Shown here in pieces: positions 49,419 through 61,398 of a DNA stretch of 64,000 nt. The position numbers and the translations under genes were made by a program. The notes beneath the pieces were generated by a model. That model ran no database searches. It saw nothing but the letters and a program-made list of their open reading frames with translations, and was not told where the DNA came from. The stretch covers positions 248,001-312,000 of the forward strand of contig JAVYOA010000002.1 of NCBI GenBank assembly GCA_038734945.1, in the 5' to 3' direction. Within the stretch, counting starts at the first letter, position 1. Each line of letters starts with the position of its first letter. Source of the DNA: Fervidicoccaceae archaeon. GTDB taxonomy: Archaea > Thermoproteota > Thermoprotei_A > Sulfolobales > Fervidicoccaceae.

Positions 49419-49546
49419 TAGAGCTCAAACAATTTTTAGCATCATCTGAAAACCTTATTCTTTTGGGCAGGGAAGGTCAGATTATTTAACCCCTGAATAT
49501 ATTCAAGAGTAATTTGGGAACTTCTCAGAAGAAAGAGGGCTTAGTG

Positions 49547-49999
49547 ATGGGTGAGCTTAAAGAAAAGAGGGGGGATGTACTTTACAAAACGAAGTACATT
49601 GAAACATACATCGCTTCCGAGGAACCCCTCGTTCCCGTTATTGTTCTGTTTCTCGATAATGGAGAGGAGCTTGAGCTCTTCAATGTCCCCCTCGAGATTG
49701 CCAAATACATAGCAGAGGGAGGGCCTGCCGGAGACATAAGAGTTTCGGAAAGGGCCACCCTGTTTGACCTGATCTGGTCCCATGAGGATATAATAAATCT
49801 CCTGAAGGAAGACATAGACTCAATAATAATAGATGAGTATGATGAGAAGACAATGCTTTACAGCGCAAAGGTGATATTCAAGAACGGAGGGGTAGCTCTG
49901 GAAAGGAGGTTTGTTCCAAGTCACGCAATATTCCTTGCAATTATAACTGGAAAGGATATTCTTGTCTCAGAAAAGGTGCTCAAGAAAAGACCAAAATAA
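49547..49999 (+). CDS. Bifunctional nuclease (DUF151/BFN)-like protein
   Basis: NVPLEIA, R.TLFDL, YSAKV, VPSHAIFLA. Confidence 0.75.
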   Translation: MGELKEKRGDVLYKTKYIETYIASEEPLVPVIVLFLDNGEELELFNVPLEIAKYIAEGGPAGDIRVSERATLFDLIWSHEDIINLLKEDIDSIIIDEYDEKTMLYSAKVIFKNGGVALERRFVPSHAIFLAIITGKDILVSEKVLKKRPK

Positions 50000-50076
50000 T
50001 CAATAGGTATTGGAAAAGCTTCTTTCTAAACAACAATAGGCTCTTTTTTAAAAGCTGGAAATAAAATATAAGGAGA

Positions 50077-50520
50077 TCATCTTACAGGTTTCTGCTTCTT
50101 TCCCTTCATTAGTGCGTCAAGGGAGACGCCATTTACCATGACTACCTTGAATCTTACTCCTGGAATATCTCCCATGGACTTTCCCTTTGGACCACCTATG
50201 CCCTCAATGATCACTTCGTCGTGCTCATCTATGAAGTTCAGACCACCGTCTCCTGGAACGAATGCTGTTACCACTTTCCCATTCTTCACAAGCTGAACTC
50301 TGACGCACTTTCTCACCGCTGAGTTGGGCTGTCTTGACTCTACTCCTACCTTCTCAAGAACAATACCTCTAGCCCTTGGAGCTCCCTCAAGCGGATCGGT
50401 CTTTCTCTTGAGATCCAGCATCCTTCTCTTGAACTCTCTCTGGCTCCATTTGAATCTAAGTCTCTTTCTCCTGAGAGTTCTCGCGGCATATAGGCCGAGA
50501 GGAGATTTCTTACCGGGCAA
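50077..50520 (-). CDS. rps12: 30S ribosomal protein uS12
   Basis: [26 protein letters not shown]. Confidence 0.97.
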   Translation of the reverse strand: MPGKKSPLGLYAARTLRRKRLRFKWSQREFKRRMLDLKRKTDPLEGAPRARGIVLEKVGVESRQPNSAVRKCVRVQLVKNGKVVTAFVPGDGGLNFIDEHDEVIIEGIGGPKGKSMGDIPGVRFKVVMVNGVSLDALMKGKKQKPVR

Positions 50521-50583
50521 CAACAGCACCTCTTCTTTTTCCCTATTTACATCAAATTTAGCGGTTTTTATAATTTCTCGAGA

Positions 50584-51027
50584 CTAGACTATCACCACGT
50601 TCGTTATGTCGAAATATCGCTTCAGAATTATCCTTGCCCTTGTCACGTTCTTTCCATTCTTTCCTATGGCAATGCCTTTATCGCTTGGCTCCACAGATAT
50701 GTAGACTACTTTCTTGTTTGGTCCCTCTATGACTTTGACTCCTTTCACCCGCGCTGGGGCTACAGCATTTTTTGCCAATTCTTCAACGGATGAGCCGTCC
50801 TCAATTATCTCTATGTCCTTGCCAAAAATTTTCTTCAGTTTCTTTATGTTGCTGCCACCTTTTCCAATGGCAGCTCCAACATCGCCCTTTCTCACTACGA
50901 AAATTATCATATTGTTTTCATTGTCTATTACGCAGTCCTTTACCACTGCTCCTGTAATATCCTGGAACAGCGCTATATATCTGAGCTCCTCTGGCGTTAG
51001 TCTGATTTCCGGCATAAAAGCTTTCAC
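50584..51027 (-). CDS. nusA: Archaeal NusA (two KH domains)
   Basis: AAIGKGG and AIGKNG KH motifs. Confidence 0.95.
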   Translation of the reverse strand: MKAFMPEIRLTPEELRYIALFQDITGAVVKDCVIDNENNMIIFVVRKGDVGAAIGKGGSNIKKLKKIFGKDIEIIEDGSSVEELAKNAVAPARVKGVKVIEGPNKKVVYISVEPSDKGIAIGKNGKNVTRARIILKRYFDITNVVIV

Positions 51028-51029
51028 CG

Positions 51030-51332
51030 CTAGCTCTCAATGAACTCCAGGATCTTTGAGTCACCAGGGTCGACTACTGCTGCTACTTGTACTGGAAACG
51101 GCTTTCCGAGCATTCCTCCCATTTCTACGGATGTTCCCTCGTATACATATATGGGTATGTTGGAAAGTCTAGCATAGTACTCCACATCCTTTCTCACCGA
51201 GGGATCTGTATTGGAGGCAACTATGATCATTTTAGCTTTCCCATGTCTGATGGCCAAGATCGATTCCCTTGATCCAAGAATTACCTTTCCGGTTCTGAGA
51301 GCGTTTTTAAGCTCACTTTCCAAGCTGCTCAT
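51030..51332 (-). CDS. rpl30e: 50S ribosomal protein L30e
   Basis: [25 protein letters not shown]. Confidence 0.97.
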   Translation of the reverse strand: MSSLESELKNALRTGKVILGSRESILAIRHGKAKMIIVASNTDPSVRKDVEYYARLSNIPIYVYEGTSVEMGGMLGKPFPVQVAAVVDPGDSKILEFIES

Positions 51333-52537
51333 TTCCCGCTCACCTTTTCATTCTCATTTTTTGTGGAGGAGGTTCCTCCCACATTGATATAGAGCTCAAC
51401 CATCCCCGTTCCTACAGGAATTATCTGTCCGACTATAACGTTTTCCGTTACTCCCTTCAATTCATCGGTCTTCCCCTGTGTAGATGCCTCAAATAAATGT
51501 TTCGTTGTCATCTCAAATGCTGCCTTGGAAAGGAAGCTTGTTTTCTCTCCAGATACTCCATGCCTACCTATCTGTCTTACTTTTCCTGTCAGGGTCATTA
51601 TGTCTGCCACCAATAAGACATGCCTAACATCGACATCCAATCCCTGCTCCCTGAGGACGTTCATGATCTCGCTTATTATGACCCTTCTTGCTGCCTCTAT
51701 TCCAAGAACTTCCTCTGTCTCATAAACGCTGTTTGTCCTCGTTCTCCTTGGATCAACTCCCGGAACCTTGAGAACCTGTGCTAGGTTTGAGCCATCTGTT
51801 ATTATGACAAACTCCTCTCTTCCGTCTGGACCCTTCCTCGACTGTATTATCGCTCTCCTTATTCCAGCTATTCCCTTCAGCTTAGTGTTGAGAACTCTTT
51901 CTCTCTTTTTTGAGATATAGGAGAGGTCACCAGTTTCCTTCAGAGATATCTCTATTCTGTAATCCCCAGTTATCTCCACATCACCTATGTTGATCTTCTT
52001 CAGAGCATTATGAACGTCCTCAACGCTCAGGCCCTTGTCAGCCAGCATCTCAGGGTCAAGCTCTATAATTATTGTTCCCGAATAGAGGTCCGCCTCAACT
52101 AGGCTTGCAACGTTTTCAACCCTCGTATATTCTATCCTCCTCGCAACCTCCTTCGCCTTTTCTCTGTCATATCTGTGAGCCTCATCTAGGTATACTTCCA
52201 TCATTGGAGTGGATGGCGTCTTTCTCGCATCAACAATTTCTATCAATCTGGGAAGACCGAGGGTGACGTTCAATTCCCTGACTCCAGCATAGTGGAATGT
52301 TCTCAGCGTCATCTGGGTTCCCGGCTCTCCTATGCTCTGCGCTGTTACTGTTCCTATAGGCTCTCCTGGCTCCACGAGGCTGCTCAAATAAGTCTCCACA
52401 GTCAAATCAATTATCTTGTCAAGCTCCTCACTGCTCAGGCTTTTTCTCTTGAGCTTCTCTGCAAGCTCATTAACAATCCTCTCTGGAAGAGCGTTGTTAG
52501 CTCTCTTTCTTATATAAGCTGCAATGTCATCGCTCAT
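51329..52537 (-). CDS. rpoA2: RNA polymerase subunit A'' (Rpo1C)
   Basis: [31 protein letters not shown]. Confidence 0.98.
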   Translation of the reverse strand: MSDDIAAYIRKRANNALPERIVNELAEKLKRKSLSSEELDKIIDLTVETYLSSLVEPGEPIGTVTAQSIGEPGTQMTLRTFHYAGVRELNVTLGLPRLIEIVDARKTPSTPMMEVYLDEAHRYDREKAKEVARRIEYTRVENVASLVEADLYSGTIIIELDPEMLADKGLSVEDVHNALKKINIGDVEITGDYRIEISLKETGDLSYISKKRERVLNTKLKGIAGIRRAIIQSRKGPDGREEFVIITDGSNLAQVLKVPGVDPRRTRTNSVYETEEVLGIEAARRVIISEIMNVLREQGLDVDVRHVLLVADIMTLTGKVRQIGRHGVSGEKTSFLSKAAFEMTTKHLFEASTQGKTDELKGVTENVIVGQIIPVGTGMVELYINVGGTSSTKNENEKVSGK

Positions 52538-52539
52538 GT

Positions 52540-55188
52540 CTACTCCCTCCATCCAACGACTCTTTCAATGATTCTGTCAATGTTGACAGCTCTACCGTGA
52601 TCGCTCTTTGCTGGATCAACTTTATCGTTTCCGTAGGCAAACTCAACCACAGTTCCATCTGGAAGCCTTGCTGAGCCATCATATTCGATTCTGACATCGA
52701 GAAGTGCATTTATCAGCCTTCTCTGCATATATCCGCTTTGGCTTGTTCTCACTGCAGTATCAACCAATCCCTCTCTCCCTCCTGCAGCATGATAGAATAG
52801 CTCGATTGGGCTGAGTCCTGATCTGAAACTATTGTAGACGAATCCTCTCGCGTATGGGGAGAGATCGTTCTGCTTGAAATGCGGCAGAGGCCTCCCTCTA
52901 TATCCTCTATTTATCCTCTCTCCTCTAATAGATTGCTGACCTAAAGCGGCGCTCATCTGCGTTAAGTTGAGAATGTTGCCTCTTGCTCCAGTTCTCGCCA
53001 TTATGAATGCATTGTTGAAAATGTCCAAATAGCTTGCCGCTATTTCACCAGCATCATCTCTGGCCTTGCTCAGCCTCTCCATGATCTTTGTTTCAACCGT
53101 TTCCTCTATAGTCCTTCCCGGAAGCGGCTCCAGCTCGCCCCTCTCTGCCTGCTCTATTATTTTCTGAACATCCTCTTCCGCCTTCCTCAGGATTTCCCTT
53201 ATCTCCTTCTGGGCCTCTGGTGGAATGTCAACATCGTCCAGGCTCATTGTGAAGCCGAATTTCTCAATGTACCTTATGAACATCTTGAACATCTTGTCTG
53301 CAATTTCCCTCGCGAAGTCAGCACCATACTCCTTGACCAGCCAGTGATATAGGCTCTCAGGTTGCTGTGCTCCAATGCTCTTCTTATCTATCACACCTGT
53401 CAGCATTTTCCCATTCTTTATCACTATGTATGAATCGTGGAGGCAATCTTCATCCTCGCACTTCAGCTTTCCTGCATTCACGGAGGACTTCATTTTAAGG
53501 GTGAAATCCTCTGGAAGGAACATTGAGATAAGCTGCTTCCCTGTCCAGAGCTCCCTCGGGCTATATATGGTTGGCTCTGGAAGCTCTCCGGTGTATCCTG
53601 CAACGCTCAAAAGCTCAATCACGTCCTCCTTAGTAAGAACTGTTGCTTTACTGGTAAGCAGGTATCCTCCGCTTATGTAGTCCTGTAGCCCTCCTATTAT
53701 GGGGCCTCCATATCTTGGGGAGAGAATGTGCTTCTGAACAAGCATGAGCTCTCTAGCTTCGGCTCTTGCTTCCTCTGTCTGAGGGATGTGGAGGTTCATT
53801 TCATCTCCATCAAAATCGGCGTTGTATGGAGGACATACGAGGAGGTTAAGACGGAAGGTTCTTCCGGGAAGAACTTTAACAATGTGTGCCATTATGCTCA
53901 TTCTATGAAGGCTCGGTTGTCTGTTGAAAAGCGCTATATCACCATCTATCAAGTGCCTTTCAACTATGTATCCCGGAGCTAGGGAGCTGGCAAGGGCCTT
54001 TCTATCTTTATAGTACCTTAAATCGATCCTCTTCCCGTCCGGCCTTATAATGTAGTTGGCACCGGGCCACTTATATGGACCATTTATCACGTAGTTCCTC
54101 AGCTCATCTATGTTCCAAGGCGTGACTCTAACAGGTATCGTGAGTATTTTTGCAGCTTCCTCCGGAACGCCAACCTCGTTTATGCTAAGATTGGGATCAG
54201 GAGATATAACTGTTCTAGCGGAAAAATCAACCCTCTTGCCTGAAAGATAGCCTCTGAACCTTCCCTCCTTTCCCTTGAGTCTCTGAGCAAGCGTTTTCAG
54301 CGATCTCCCTGTTCTGTGCTTAGCTGGAGGGATTCCGGGAACTTCATTGTCTATGTATGTTGTGACGTGGTACTGGAGAAGTTCCCATAGATCATCTATC
54401 ACTATTGGCGGGGCAGCAGCATCCATGCTTTCCTTCAATCTCTGATTTGCCCTAATGATATCAACGAGCTTGTGGGTTAAATCATCTTCAGCCCTAATTC
54501 CTGTCTCAAGCATGATGCTTGGTCTAACCTGCACCGGTGGAACAGGAAGGACTGTTAGAACGAACCACTCCGGCCTCGATTCCTGCGGATCTATTCCAAG
54601 AAGCCTCACATCATCATCTGGAATGTTGGATAGCCTGTTCCTTATTTCATCGGGAGTTAGCTTCCTATAGCTCCCCCTCTCCTCCTCATAGAACGTTGTC
54701 GGCCTCTCCAGCTTTATCTTCTTCTGCGGAGCTCCGCAATGTGGACATATTGCTGTTTTTGAGGCCTTGCTCTTCAAATGCTCGTGGAATGCTGGGAGAA
54801 GGAAAGGAAGATGCTTCTCCAGTCTTCTCTGAAGATCCAGGTACTCCTTTGCTTCTTCGTCTTTGAGCAGTATTCTTCCGCACTTCCAACATGTGGACTT
54901 GAGCAAATCGTGGATGTACTTAACATATCCAACATGAATGACAGGCTTTGCCAGCTCTATGTGTCCAAAATGTCCAGGACATGTTTGCATAGTTCCTCCA
55001 CAAACGGGGCACTTCTGCCCAGGCTCTATTACTCCAAGCCTGGGATCCATGACTCCGCCCTGTATTGGAAGACCATCGTCATCGTAAGTATCTGCAGTTA
55101 TTATCTGAACTTTGCTCATTCTCCTTATCTCATCTGGTGAAAGGACACTTAGCTTTATTCCAGATATCCTTTTTATTGGATCTGACAT
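52540..55188 (-). CDS. rpoA1: RNA polymerase subunit A' (Rpo1N)
   Basis: [26 protein letters not shown]. Confidence 0.98.
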   Translation of the reverse strand: MSDPIKRISGIKLSVLSPDEIRRMSKVQIITADTYDDDGLPIQGGVMDPRLGVIEPGQKCPVCGGTMQTCPGHFGHIELAKPVIHVGYVKYIHDLLKSTCWKCGRILLKDEEAKEYLDLQRRLEKHLPFLLPAFHEHLKSKASKTAICPHCGAPQKKIKLERPTTFYEEERGSYRKLTPDEIRNRLSNIPDDDVRLLGIDPQESRPEWFVLTVLPVPPVQVRPSIMLETGIRAEDDLTHKLVDIIRANQRLKESMDAAAPPIVIDDLWELLQYHVTTYIDNEVPGIPPAKHRTGRSLKTLAQRLKGKEGRFRGYLSGKRVDFSARTVISPDPNLSINEVGVPEEAAKILTIPVRVTPWNIDELRNYVINGPYKWPGANYIIRPDGKRIDLRYYKDRKALASSLAPGYIVERHLIDGDIALFNRQPSLHRMSIMAHIVKVLPGRTFRLNLLVCPPYNADFDGDEMNLHIPQTEEARAEARELMLVQKHILSPRYGGPIIGGLQDYISGGYLLTSKATVLTKEDVIELLSVAGYTGELPEPTIYSPRELWTGKQLISMFLPEDFTLKMKSSVNAGKLKCEDEDCLHDSYIVIKNGKMLTGVIDKKSIGAQQPESLYHWLVKEYGADFAREIADKMFKMFIRYIEKFGFTMSLDDVDIPPEAQKEIREILRKAEEDVQKIIEQAERGELEPLPGRTIEETVETKIMERLSKARDDAGEIAASYLDIFNNAFIMARTGARGNILNLTQMSAALGQQSIRGERINRGYRGRPLPHFKQNDLSPYARGFVYNSFRSGLSPIELFYHAAGGREGLVDTAVRTSQSGYMQRRLINALLDVRIEYDGSARLPDGTVVEFAYGNDKVDPAKSDHGRAVNIDRIIERVVGWRE

Positions 55189-55197
55189 CCTTCTCAC

Positions 55198-58100
55198 CTA
55201 CTCCCCCATCAAATCACTTATCTTGAGCCTGGGCATTATCCCCATGCTCATCATTTCTTGAAGAAGGAGCTTGAAGCCGTAGGCCATCTCTACCATGTGA
55301 AGATCTCCCTTGTCTCCGTGAATTGGGCAAACATATGCCTTCCTTGTCCTATCGTACCATCCTATGTGTCCGCACTTGCTGCAAACATAAACTGTTGTCT
55401 TATCGCTGCTCTCCAGAAGTCTCTCCCTCAACAGCATTGCCGTTCCATGACCAATTAGAACATCTCTCTCCATCTCGCCGAACCTAAGTCCTCCTTCTCT
55501 CGCCCTTCCCTCTGTGGGCTGTCTCGTGAGAAGCTGGACGGGACCTCTTGCCCTTGCATGGAACTTATCAGCAACGATGTGGTGAAGCCTCTGATAATAT
55601 ACAATGCCAATCATTATAGGTTTTCCTATTACTTCTCCAGTCCTTCCATCATACATTACTTCCCTTCCATCTGGTGAGTAGCCTTTCTTCAGAAGGCTTA
55701 GCTTTATTTCCTCAATTGGTTCCTTGCTGAAGGGAGTTGCATCTATGAACTTACCTGTAAGGGCAGCTGTCTTTCCAGCGAGAGTCTCGAGAAGTTGTCC
55801 CAAGGTCATTCTTGATGGGAAAGCGTGCGGATTTATTATTATGTCTGGGACTATTCCATCCTCTGTATATGGCATGTCGTATTGGGGAATCAGAAGCCCT
55901 ATTACTCCCTTCTGTCCATGCCTGGAAGCAAACTTGTCACCTATTTCGGGAATTCTATAATCCCTCACCCTGACCTTAACGAGCTTATCTCCTTCCTGTG
56001 TTTCTGAGACGAATACTGCATCGACAACTCCCTTTTCTCCATACCTGATGGTAATGCTGGTATCCTTCCTCACATTTGCGCCGAAGCCATACTCTCTGAA
56101 CTCCTCGAGGAATCTAGGCGGACTTGTCTTTCCGATCAGAGCCTCTCCATCCTTGACCTCAACCTCTGGAGAGACAATACCATCGGAGTCCAGCTTTTTG
56201 TAGATTTCAATCCCTCTGAAGCCCTTCACTCCTGACTCTGGTATCTCTATTTTGTCCTCCTGTCCACCAGGATACTTCTTCTCCTCTGTCACATATAGTC
56301 TGTAGAAAGTCGATCTCATGAATCCTCTTTCTGTGCTGGACTTGTTGAATATGAGAGCATCCTCGATGTTATAGCCTGTAAAGGACATTATCGCCACAAT
56401 TGCGTTCTGCCCTGCTGGCCTATCATTGTATCCTATAACGCCTAGGGGCTTTGTTTGAACGAGGGGCTTCTCAGGATGGTGGAGAAGATGAGCTCTGGAG
56501 TCAGTTCTCACTGTGAAGTTTGCCGAATACAAACCAAGAGCCTGCTTTACCATGGCTGATTGGTAGGTATTTCTCGGAGATTGGTTGTGATCTGCATATG
56601 GAATTGTGGAGGCGGAAGTCCCAAAGATCCCTGGAACCCATACCTCCAGATGAGTGAATTCCTCAGCTCCTTCTCTAAGCAGATCGGCCGGGTTAAGTGC
56701 TATATATGCATTGTCCTCCTCATCAGCATCCAGGTACTCTATTTTCCCTTCCTTAACAAGATCGGAGAACTTCTTCTCTCCTCGCTTCAACTGCTCTATG
56801 TCTTTCCTAGTTATCAGGGGCTTCCCGTTTTTTAGAAGAATGAGCGGCCTCCTTATTCTTCCTGCATCTGTGTTTACGTAGACCTCCTTCACATTTCCAT
56901 TTTCAAAATAAGCGATGTTGACTTCATGATGAAGTTCATTTCTCCTCCTCAGCTGCCTAACAGCTTTGGCTAGCTTCTCCCCGTCCTGAACGAATCCTAT
57001 GAGCTTTCCGTTCAGAATCACCTTGGACCAGCTGAGATATTTGCTCTCCCCCTTCTCTGAGGTCTCCTTGACTGCATCGCTGAGGGGAACAACTCCAAGC
57101 TTCATCAGAGTTTGCTTAACCTTCCTCTCATCTATTCCCACAGTTATGTATGTGAGGAGAGAGAGGCTCTTCACTAAGCCACAGTTGGGTCCCTCAGGCG
57201 TCTCAAATGGACACATCCTTCCCCACTGCGTTCCGTGGAGGTCTCTGGCCTTGAAGAGTGGCTGACTCCTGCTCAGAGGCGATACAACCCTTCTCAGGTG
57301 GCTCAGCATGCTCATCCAGTTTGTTCTGTCAAGAAGCTGGCTAACTCCCGTCTTTCCTCCAACCCATGTACCAGTTGCGAGGGCATGCCTTATCTTCTCA
57401 GTTAGAACATCTGGCCTGACGATTCCGGATAGCTTGAACCTTCTATTCCTTGCAAGGGACTTTTCTGCCTGATATTTAAGATCCTTTGTGAAGCTCTTCA
57501 GAGCAGATCTGAATAGAGTTGCGAGAAGATCACCAGCAAGCTTTAGCCTCTTGTTAGCATAGTGATCTCTATCATCGGGCTGTCTCCAGCCCAAATACAG
57601 CTCCAGGACCATGGATGCCATCTGGGCAAGGAAATATCCCTTTTCCTTTCTGCTGCTCGGAGATGAGCCCAAATGCGGAAGGAAGTACTTGTCGATTATC
57701 TGTTTTGCTCTTTCAATTCTGTTCTCTCTTGGTTGACCTATAGCAACTCTTCCTCCTAGATAGTCCAGAGCATCATCGGAGGTCATTATCTCCTTTGCTA
57801 CTTCCAAGCTGGGGAGAAGATGGTTCTGAATCTCGGGGTGGAGGCTCACTGCATATGCTATATCCTTGTCTGATTCAAAGCCAAGAGCCCTCATTAGGAT
57901 TGCGAAGGGAATTCTTCCTGGTATTCCTCCAAAGCTCACACTCATTGTTCCATCTCTATGCAGATCGAGAACTATGGAGATCCTGTAGGATCCTGTGCTT
58001 GAAATTACCTTGGCGCTATAGAGAATGTTGGTGTTTGGCTTCCCCTCATCCACAAGGATCCTGTTAGTTACCATGTCCTCCTGGGCAACAAGAACCTTCT

Positions 58101-58632
58101 CCGTTCCGTTTATTATGAAATATCCTCCAGGATCGTAGGGATCCTCGTTTATGCTTATGAGCTTCTCTGGAGGCAAAGAGCTTATGGGATCCAGGCTGGA
58201 TTTGACCATTACGGGAAGATCCCCTATATACACTTTCTCCTTCACATTCTCAATTCCGTTCTCAATGAGAGATATTTCCAAGTACATGGGGGAAGCATAG
58301 GTGATGTTTCTCACTCTAGCCTCAAATGGTGTGATCTCAACCTCAGAACCGTCTGCCTCTCTGGAAATTGGCTTGAGAACCTCCAGCTTACCTAGCTTGA
58401 ACTTGAGATCCTTCACTGAGAGCTCTATCTCACCCTGTTCATTGACAATTTCCTGCAGCATTTCGCTGACAAAACGGTTATAGGAATCAAGGTGCTGTCT
58501 GGAGAGACCTTGTTCCTCTATGAATTTTTTAGCAAGAAGCCACCTGTTATCCTCGTTCAAAAATGAAATATCTATAGTCTTCTTACCCTGCTCGATCGAT
58601 CCAGAAGAGCTTTCTTCTGCTTCCGAGGACAT
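55198..58632 (-). CDS. rpoB: RNA polymerase subunit B (Rpo2, unsplit)
   Basis: ETPEGPNCGL, GDKFASRHGQKG, GGLRFGEMERD. Confidence 0.98.
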   Translation of the reverse strand: MSSEAEESSSGSIEQGKKTIDISFLNEDNRWLLAKKFIEEQGLSRQHLDSYNRFVSEMLQEIVNEQGEIELSVKDLKFKLGKLEVLKPISREADGSEVEITPFEARVRNITYASPMYLEISLIENGIENVKEKVYIGDLPVMVKSSLDPISSLPPEKLISINEDPYDPGGYFIINGTEKVLVAQEDMVTNRILVDEGKPNTNILYSAKVISSTGSYRISIVLDLHRDGTMSVSFGGIPGRIPFAILMRALGFESDKDIAYAVSLHPEIQNHLLPSLEVAKEIMTSDDALDYLGGRVAIGQPRENRIERAKQIIDKYFLPHLGSSPSSRKEKGYFLAQMASMVLELYLGWRQPDDRDHYANKRLKLAGDLLATLFRSALKSFTKDLKYQAEKSLARNRRFKLSGIVRPDVLTEKIRHALATGTWVGGKTGVSQLLDRTNWMSMLSHLRRVVSPLSRSQPLFKARDLHGTQWGRMCPFETPEGPNCGLVKSLSLLTYITVGIDERKVKQTLMKLGVVPLSDAVKETSEKGESKYLSWSKVILNGKLIGFVQDGEKLAKAVRQLRRRNELHHEVNIAYFENGNVKEVYVNTDAGRIRRPLILLKNGKPLITRKDIEQLKRGEKKFSDLVKEGKIEYLDADEEDNAYIALNPADLLREGAEEFTHLEVWVPGIFGTSASTIPYADHNQSPRNTYQSAMVKQALGLYSANFTVRTDSRAHLLHHPEKPLVQTKPLGVIGYNDRPAGQNAIVAIMSFTGYNIEDALIFNKSSTERGFMRSTFYRLYVTEEKKYPGGQEDKIEIPESGVKGFRGIEIYKKLDSDGIVSPEVEVKDGEALIGKTSPPRFLEEFREYGFGANVRKDTSITIRYGEKGVVDAVFVSETQEGDKLVKVRVRDYRIPEIGDKFASRHGQKGVIGLLIPQYDMPYTEDGIVPDIIINPHAFPSRMTLGQLLETLAGKTAALTGKFIDATPFSKEPIEEIKLSLLKKGYSPDGREVMYDGRTGEVIGKPIMIGIVYYQRLHHIVADKFHARARGPVQLLTRQPTEGRAREGGLRFGEMERDVLIGHGTAMLLRERLLESSDKTTVYVCSKCGHIGWYDRTRKAYVCPIHGDKGDLHMVEMAYGFKLLLQEMMSMGIMPRLKISDLMGE

Positions 58633-58877
58633 CAACCAATCACCACCAATCTATAGACAACAGCCTTTCCCGTCAGCTCATCCTCCCTCTCTATTCTTAT
58701 GAGCTCCCCCGGCTGTGCCCCAAGCTCTCGGGCAACCGGATCGCTCGTCCTAATGAGAGGCAACTGATTAATTGAAATATTCAGCTCCTTCAATATTCTT
58801 GGAACCTCGGATATTGGTATTCTCTCATGCTTTGGTACGAGAACGTGGTCTAACACGCTAAATTTCTTTGGGGACAT
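58632..58877 (-). CDS. rpoH: RNA polymerase subunit H (Rpo5)
   Basis: HVLVPKH, QLPLI..SDPV, YRLV. Confidence 0.97.
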   Translation of the reverse strand: MSPKKFSVLDHVLVPKHERIPISEVPRILKELNISINQLPLIRTSDPVARELGAQPGELIRIEREDELTGKAVVYRLVVIG

Positions 58878-59103
58878 AACCTATGATACCTCCAATATTT
58901 TTCATAAAGGAAGACTTTCTCTTCCATTCAAAGATCACTAAAACATTTTGGGCTATTCTATTGCTCCATAATTGGGTTTTTAAAGATTATCCTCATTTCA
59001 GTTTTTTCTAAATGCTTCCTTTAAATATGAGAAAGGGCTCTTTATGTCTTTTCTAATTGCTTCCTGTCGTTCAATTCTTCGATCTTCTTTTTAAACTTTT
59101 TGC

Positions 59104-59122
59104 TCAATTTTCGGAAAATTGA
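59104..59122. repeat. Perfect 9-bp inverted repeat TCAATTTTC-G-GAAAATTGA
   Basis: Read directly in the long intergenic region upstream of rpoH. Confidence 0.8.
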
Positions 59123-59959
59123 ATTGCACGCTCAGGAGCCGGAAATCTGTGAAAACTGTGTTGTAGCAGAATCAACATTGAAAAACCAAACACTTAAATC
59201 AAATTGACTGCCTTTTCAAAATCTGAACAAGCATTGTAGGTCTCAGCTCTTTTGGTGCTCTTCTTAGATATTTTTAGGCAGGTCTTTTTTTGCTCCTTTC
59301 TTTTTCACCTTCTTTGAAGGAGTTTTTCCTTTATGTTTTAATTGAACTCTAAGGATGGTTTATATTGTAGCAAAATTCCCCCAAATTGTAACTTTTTGTT
59401 TTAAACCCGAAACAACCTGATTTTTGAACTAAGTGTCTGAAACTTGTTTTGAAACTTTTCTTTCAATCGCAACACACATGGCGGGTAGCACAGTTTCTGA
59501 TCCCATCTTCCCCTTCTTAAAGAAAGAAGGTTCTGGAGAGGTTTAGGGCTACATTCCTATAGAAGCTGAATTTAAGCCTTGAGCCTTGTCTTGAGAGCAA
59601 TTACCTCTATAAAGGTGAGGACTAAGAGGATATGCTAAATTTTCATAAAATTTGCCACACTATCCCTACACAAAATGAGGAAATTATTTGTAAAAGTGGT
59701 TCTGTGCCACCTATGTTATTTATTATGGTTCTTATATGATGTTTTATGTGTTGGTTTTGTTTGTGTACGTGTTATTAATGAAATCAGTGTCGGCATAAGT
59801 TGCTTAGTGGGCGGTGGAGCTAATTTTTGTTATAATTATTTAAAAAAGCAATCTGATGGAAGTCTCACTTAGATGCTTAGCATATTGATATAGTCTCCGA
59901 TATGAGAACAAAATTAAATAATAAAAATAAAATATCATAATTCGCCCAAATTCTTCTCG

Positions 59960-60739
59960 GTGGCTATATTGAGGCTTAAGACTTCATGCCGCTTTCATGC
60001 TTATAAACTTCTCAACGCTATAACCGGCGTAGTAGCTGAGAAAAAATGCGACTGCATCTCCTTAAGCGGTGGCATTGACACCTCTGTAGTAGCGGTCGCA
60101 GCTGCAACTGCCGGTCTTAAACCAAGAGCCTATGTTGTTGCCTATGAGAGCGGGTTGCCTAAGGATCTATACTATGCTGAACACGTCTCTAGATTTCTCG
60201 GGCTAGAGCTCAAGTACGTCATAGTAGACAGAGACAAAGCTATGAACTTAGCTAGAAAGGTCACTGATTGCTTTGGCAAAGAGAACCTAGACTCACATGG
60301 CGATGGAGGATGCATTGAGATGAGAAATGATGTAGTGTTCTATGCTGTACTCGAAGAAACACTCAAGGACGGCTGTTCGTGTGTCTTCCTTGGCTCTGGG
60401 GGTGACGAGCTATTTGCTGGGTACAGCTTCATGCTTGAGCTCACTAGCTCAGAGTTGGAAGAAGCTATATGCAAAATGATAAGAGGGAGATTCCCCGAAC
60501 TCCAAATAGCTGATTGTATTGGTGCGAAGGCTGTAGCCCCATTGCTTGACGAAAGGGTTGTAAATGTCGCCACCACTATACCGATGGAGTGCTTGAGGGG
60601 CATACCTCCTCGGGGTAAGGAAGTCCTTAGGTATATATTAGAGGAGAAGGGACTCTGGGAGATAGCAGAGAGGCATAAGGCTCCAGCAGAAGAGGGCTCT
60701 GGGACTAAATCCTTGTGTGTTTCTATATATGATAGATAG
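59960..60739 (+). CDS. Stand-alone asparagine synthetase C-terminal (PP-loop) domain protein
   Basis: SLSGGIDTS, GSGGDELFAGY, K..LR; no N-terminal glutaminase domain. Confidence 0.85.
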   Translation: MAILRLKTSCRFHAYKLLNAITGVVAEKKCDCISLSGGIDTSVVAVAAATAGLKPRAYVVAYESGLPKDLYYAEHVSRFLGLELKYVIVDRDKAMNLARKVTDCFGKENLDSHGDGGCIEMRNDVVFYAVLEETLKDGCSCVFLGSGGDELFAGYSFMLELTSSELEEAICKMIRGRFPELQIADCIGAKAVAPLLDERVVNVATTIPMECLRGIPPRGKEVLRYILEEKGLWEIAERHKAPAEEGSGTKSLCVSIYDR

Positions 60740-60777
60740 CTGATGATCCTCGTTGAACCTCATCGGGGGATCTGGAT

Positions 60778-61398
60778 ATGAGGGTAGCGTTCGTTTCTGG
60801 CGGCAAGGACTCCTACTATGCTGTCTACAAGTATGGCGGAGTAGACCTTGGAGTAATGTTGGTGTATGACTTTCCGAGACCTAGTCCACACACAGTGAAC
60901 ATCGGTAAGAGTCTAGAGTCTCTACTAGCATGCAGTATTCCAGTGTTGGTTGCTAAGCTGAGCAAGGGCCGAGAGTTTGAGGAGACAGCAGATCTCCTGA
61001 AGAGGATCTCCCCGACCATAATAGTGGCTGGTGATGTGTACGTAGAGGATCACTTGAAGTATATGGAGAGGTTGGCTAAGGCTATAGGTTCAGATCTTGC
61101 TGAACCCCTGTGGAGCTACGATCCAGTGGAGCTACTCTATAGAGAGATAAGGGATGGTATTAGACCTGTGATCATAGGAGCCGTAGATAGCCTGAAAGGA
61201 TATTTAGGGAAAACTCTTACACCAGATATGTTGGAGGAGTTCGTCCGCTACTCGAGGACTGTGAATGTTGACCCCTTAGGGGAGCATGGGGAATATCACA
61301 CACTGGTATCTGATGGACCGCTCCACAAGCAAGGAATTTCTTTTAGGCCAGTAGGAGTAGAAGATTTTGACTCATACAGCATCTTGAGGCTCATCTAA
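60778..61398 (+). CDS. DUF71/Dph6-like PP-loop ATPase
   Basis: SGGKDS, AGDV, EPLW, DPLGEHGEYHTLV.DGP. Confidence 0.88.
   Translation: MRVAFVSGGKDSYYAVYKYGGVDLGVMLVYDFPRPSPHTVNIGKSLESLLACSIPVLVAKLSKGREFEETADLLKRISPTIIVAGDVYVEDHLKYMERLAKAIGSDLAEPLWSYDPVELLYREIRDGIRPVIIGAVDSLKGYLGKTLTPDMLEEFVRYSRTVNVDPLGEHGEYHTLVSDGPLHKQGISFRPVGVEDFDSYSILRLI

Noticed and set aside
52540..58632. Inteins or introns in RNA polymerase genes
   Set aside because: Lengths and motif spacing are normal
59400..59460. CRISPR repeats or ORB boxes suggested by GAAAC words
   Set aside because: No repeat of 24 nt or more with regular spacing and no ORB consensus with G-string
59675..59872. 65-aa + strand ORF
   Set aside because: Cys/Val/Leu bias follows the local T/G skew; no RBS or motif
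60740..60777. UGAUGA plus short hairpin as a C/D RNA
   Set aside because: No matching CUGA boxes; spacer too short
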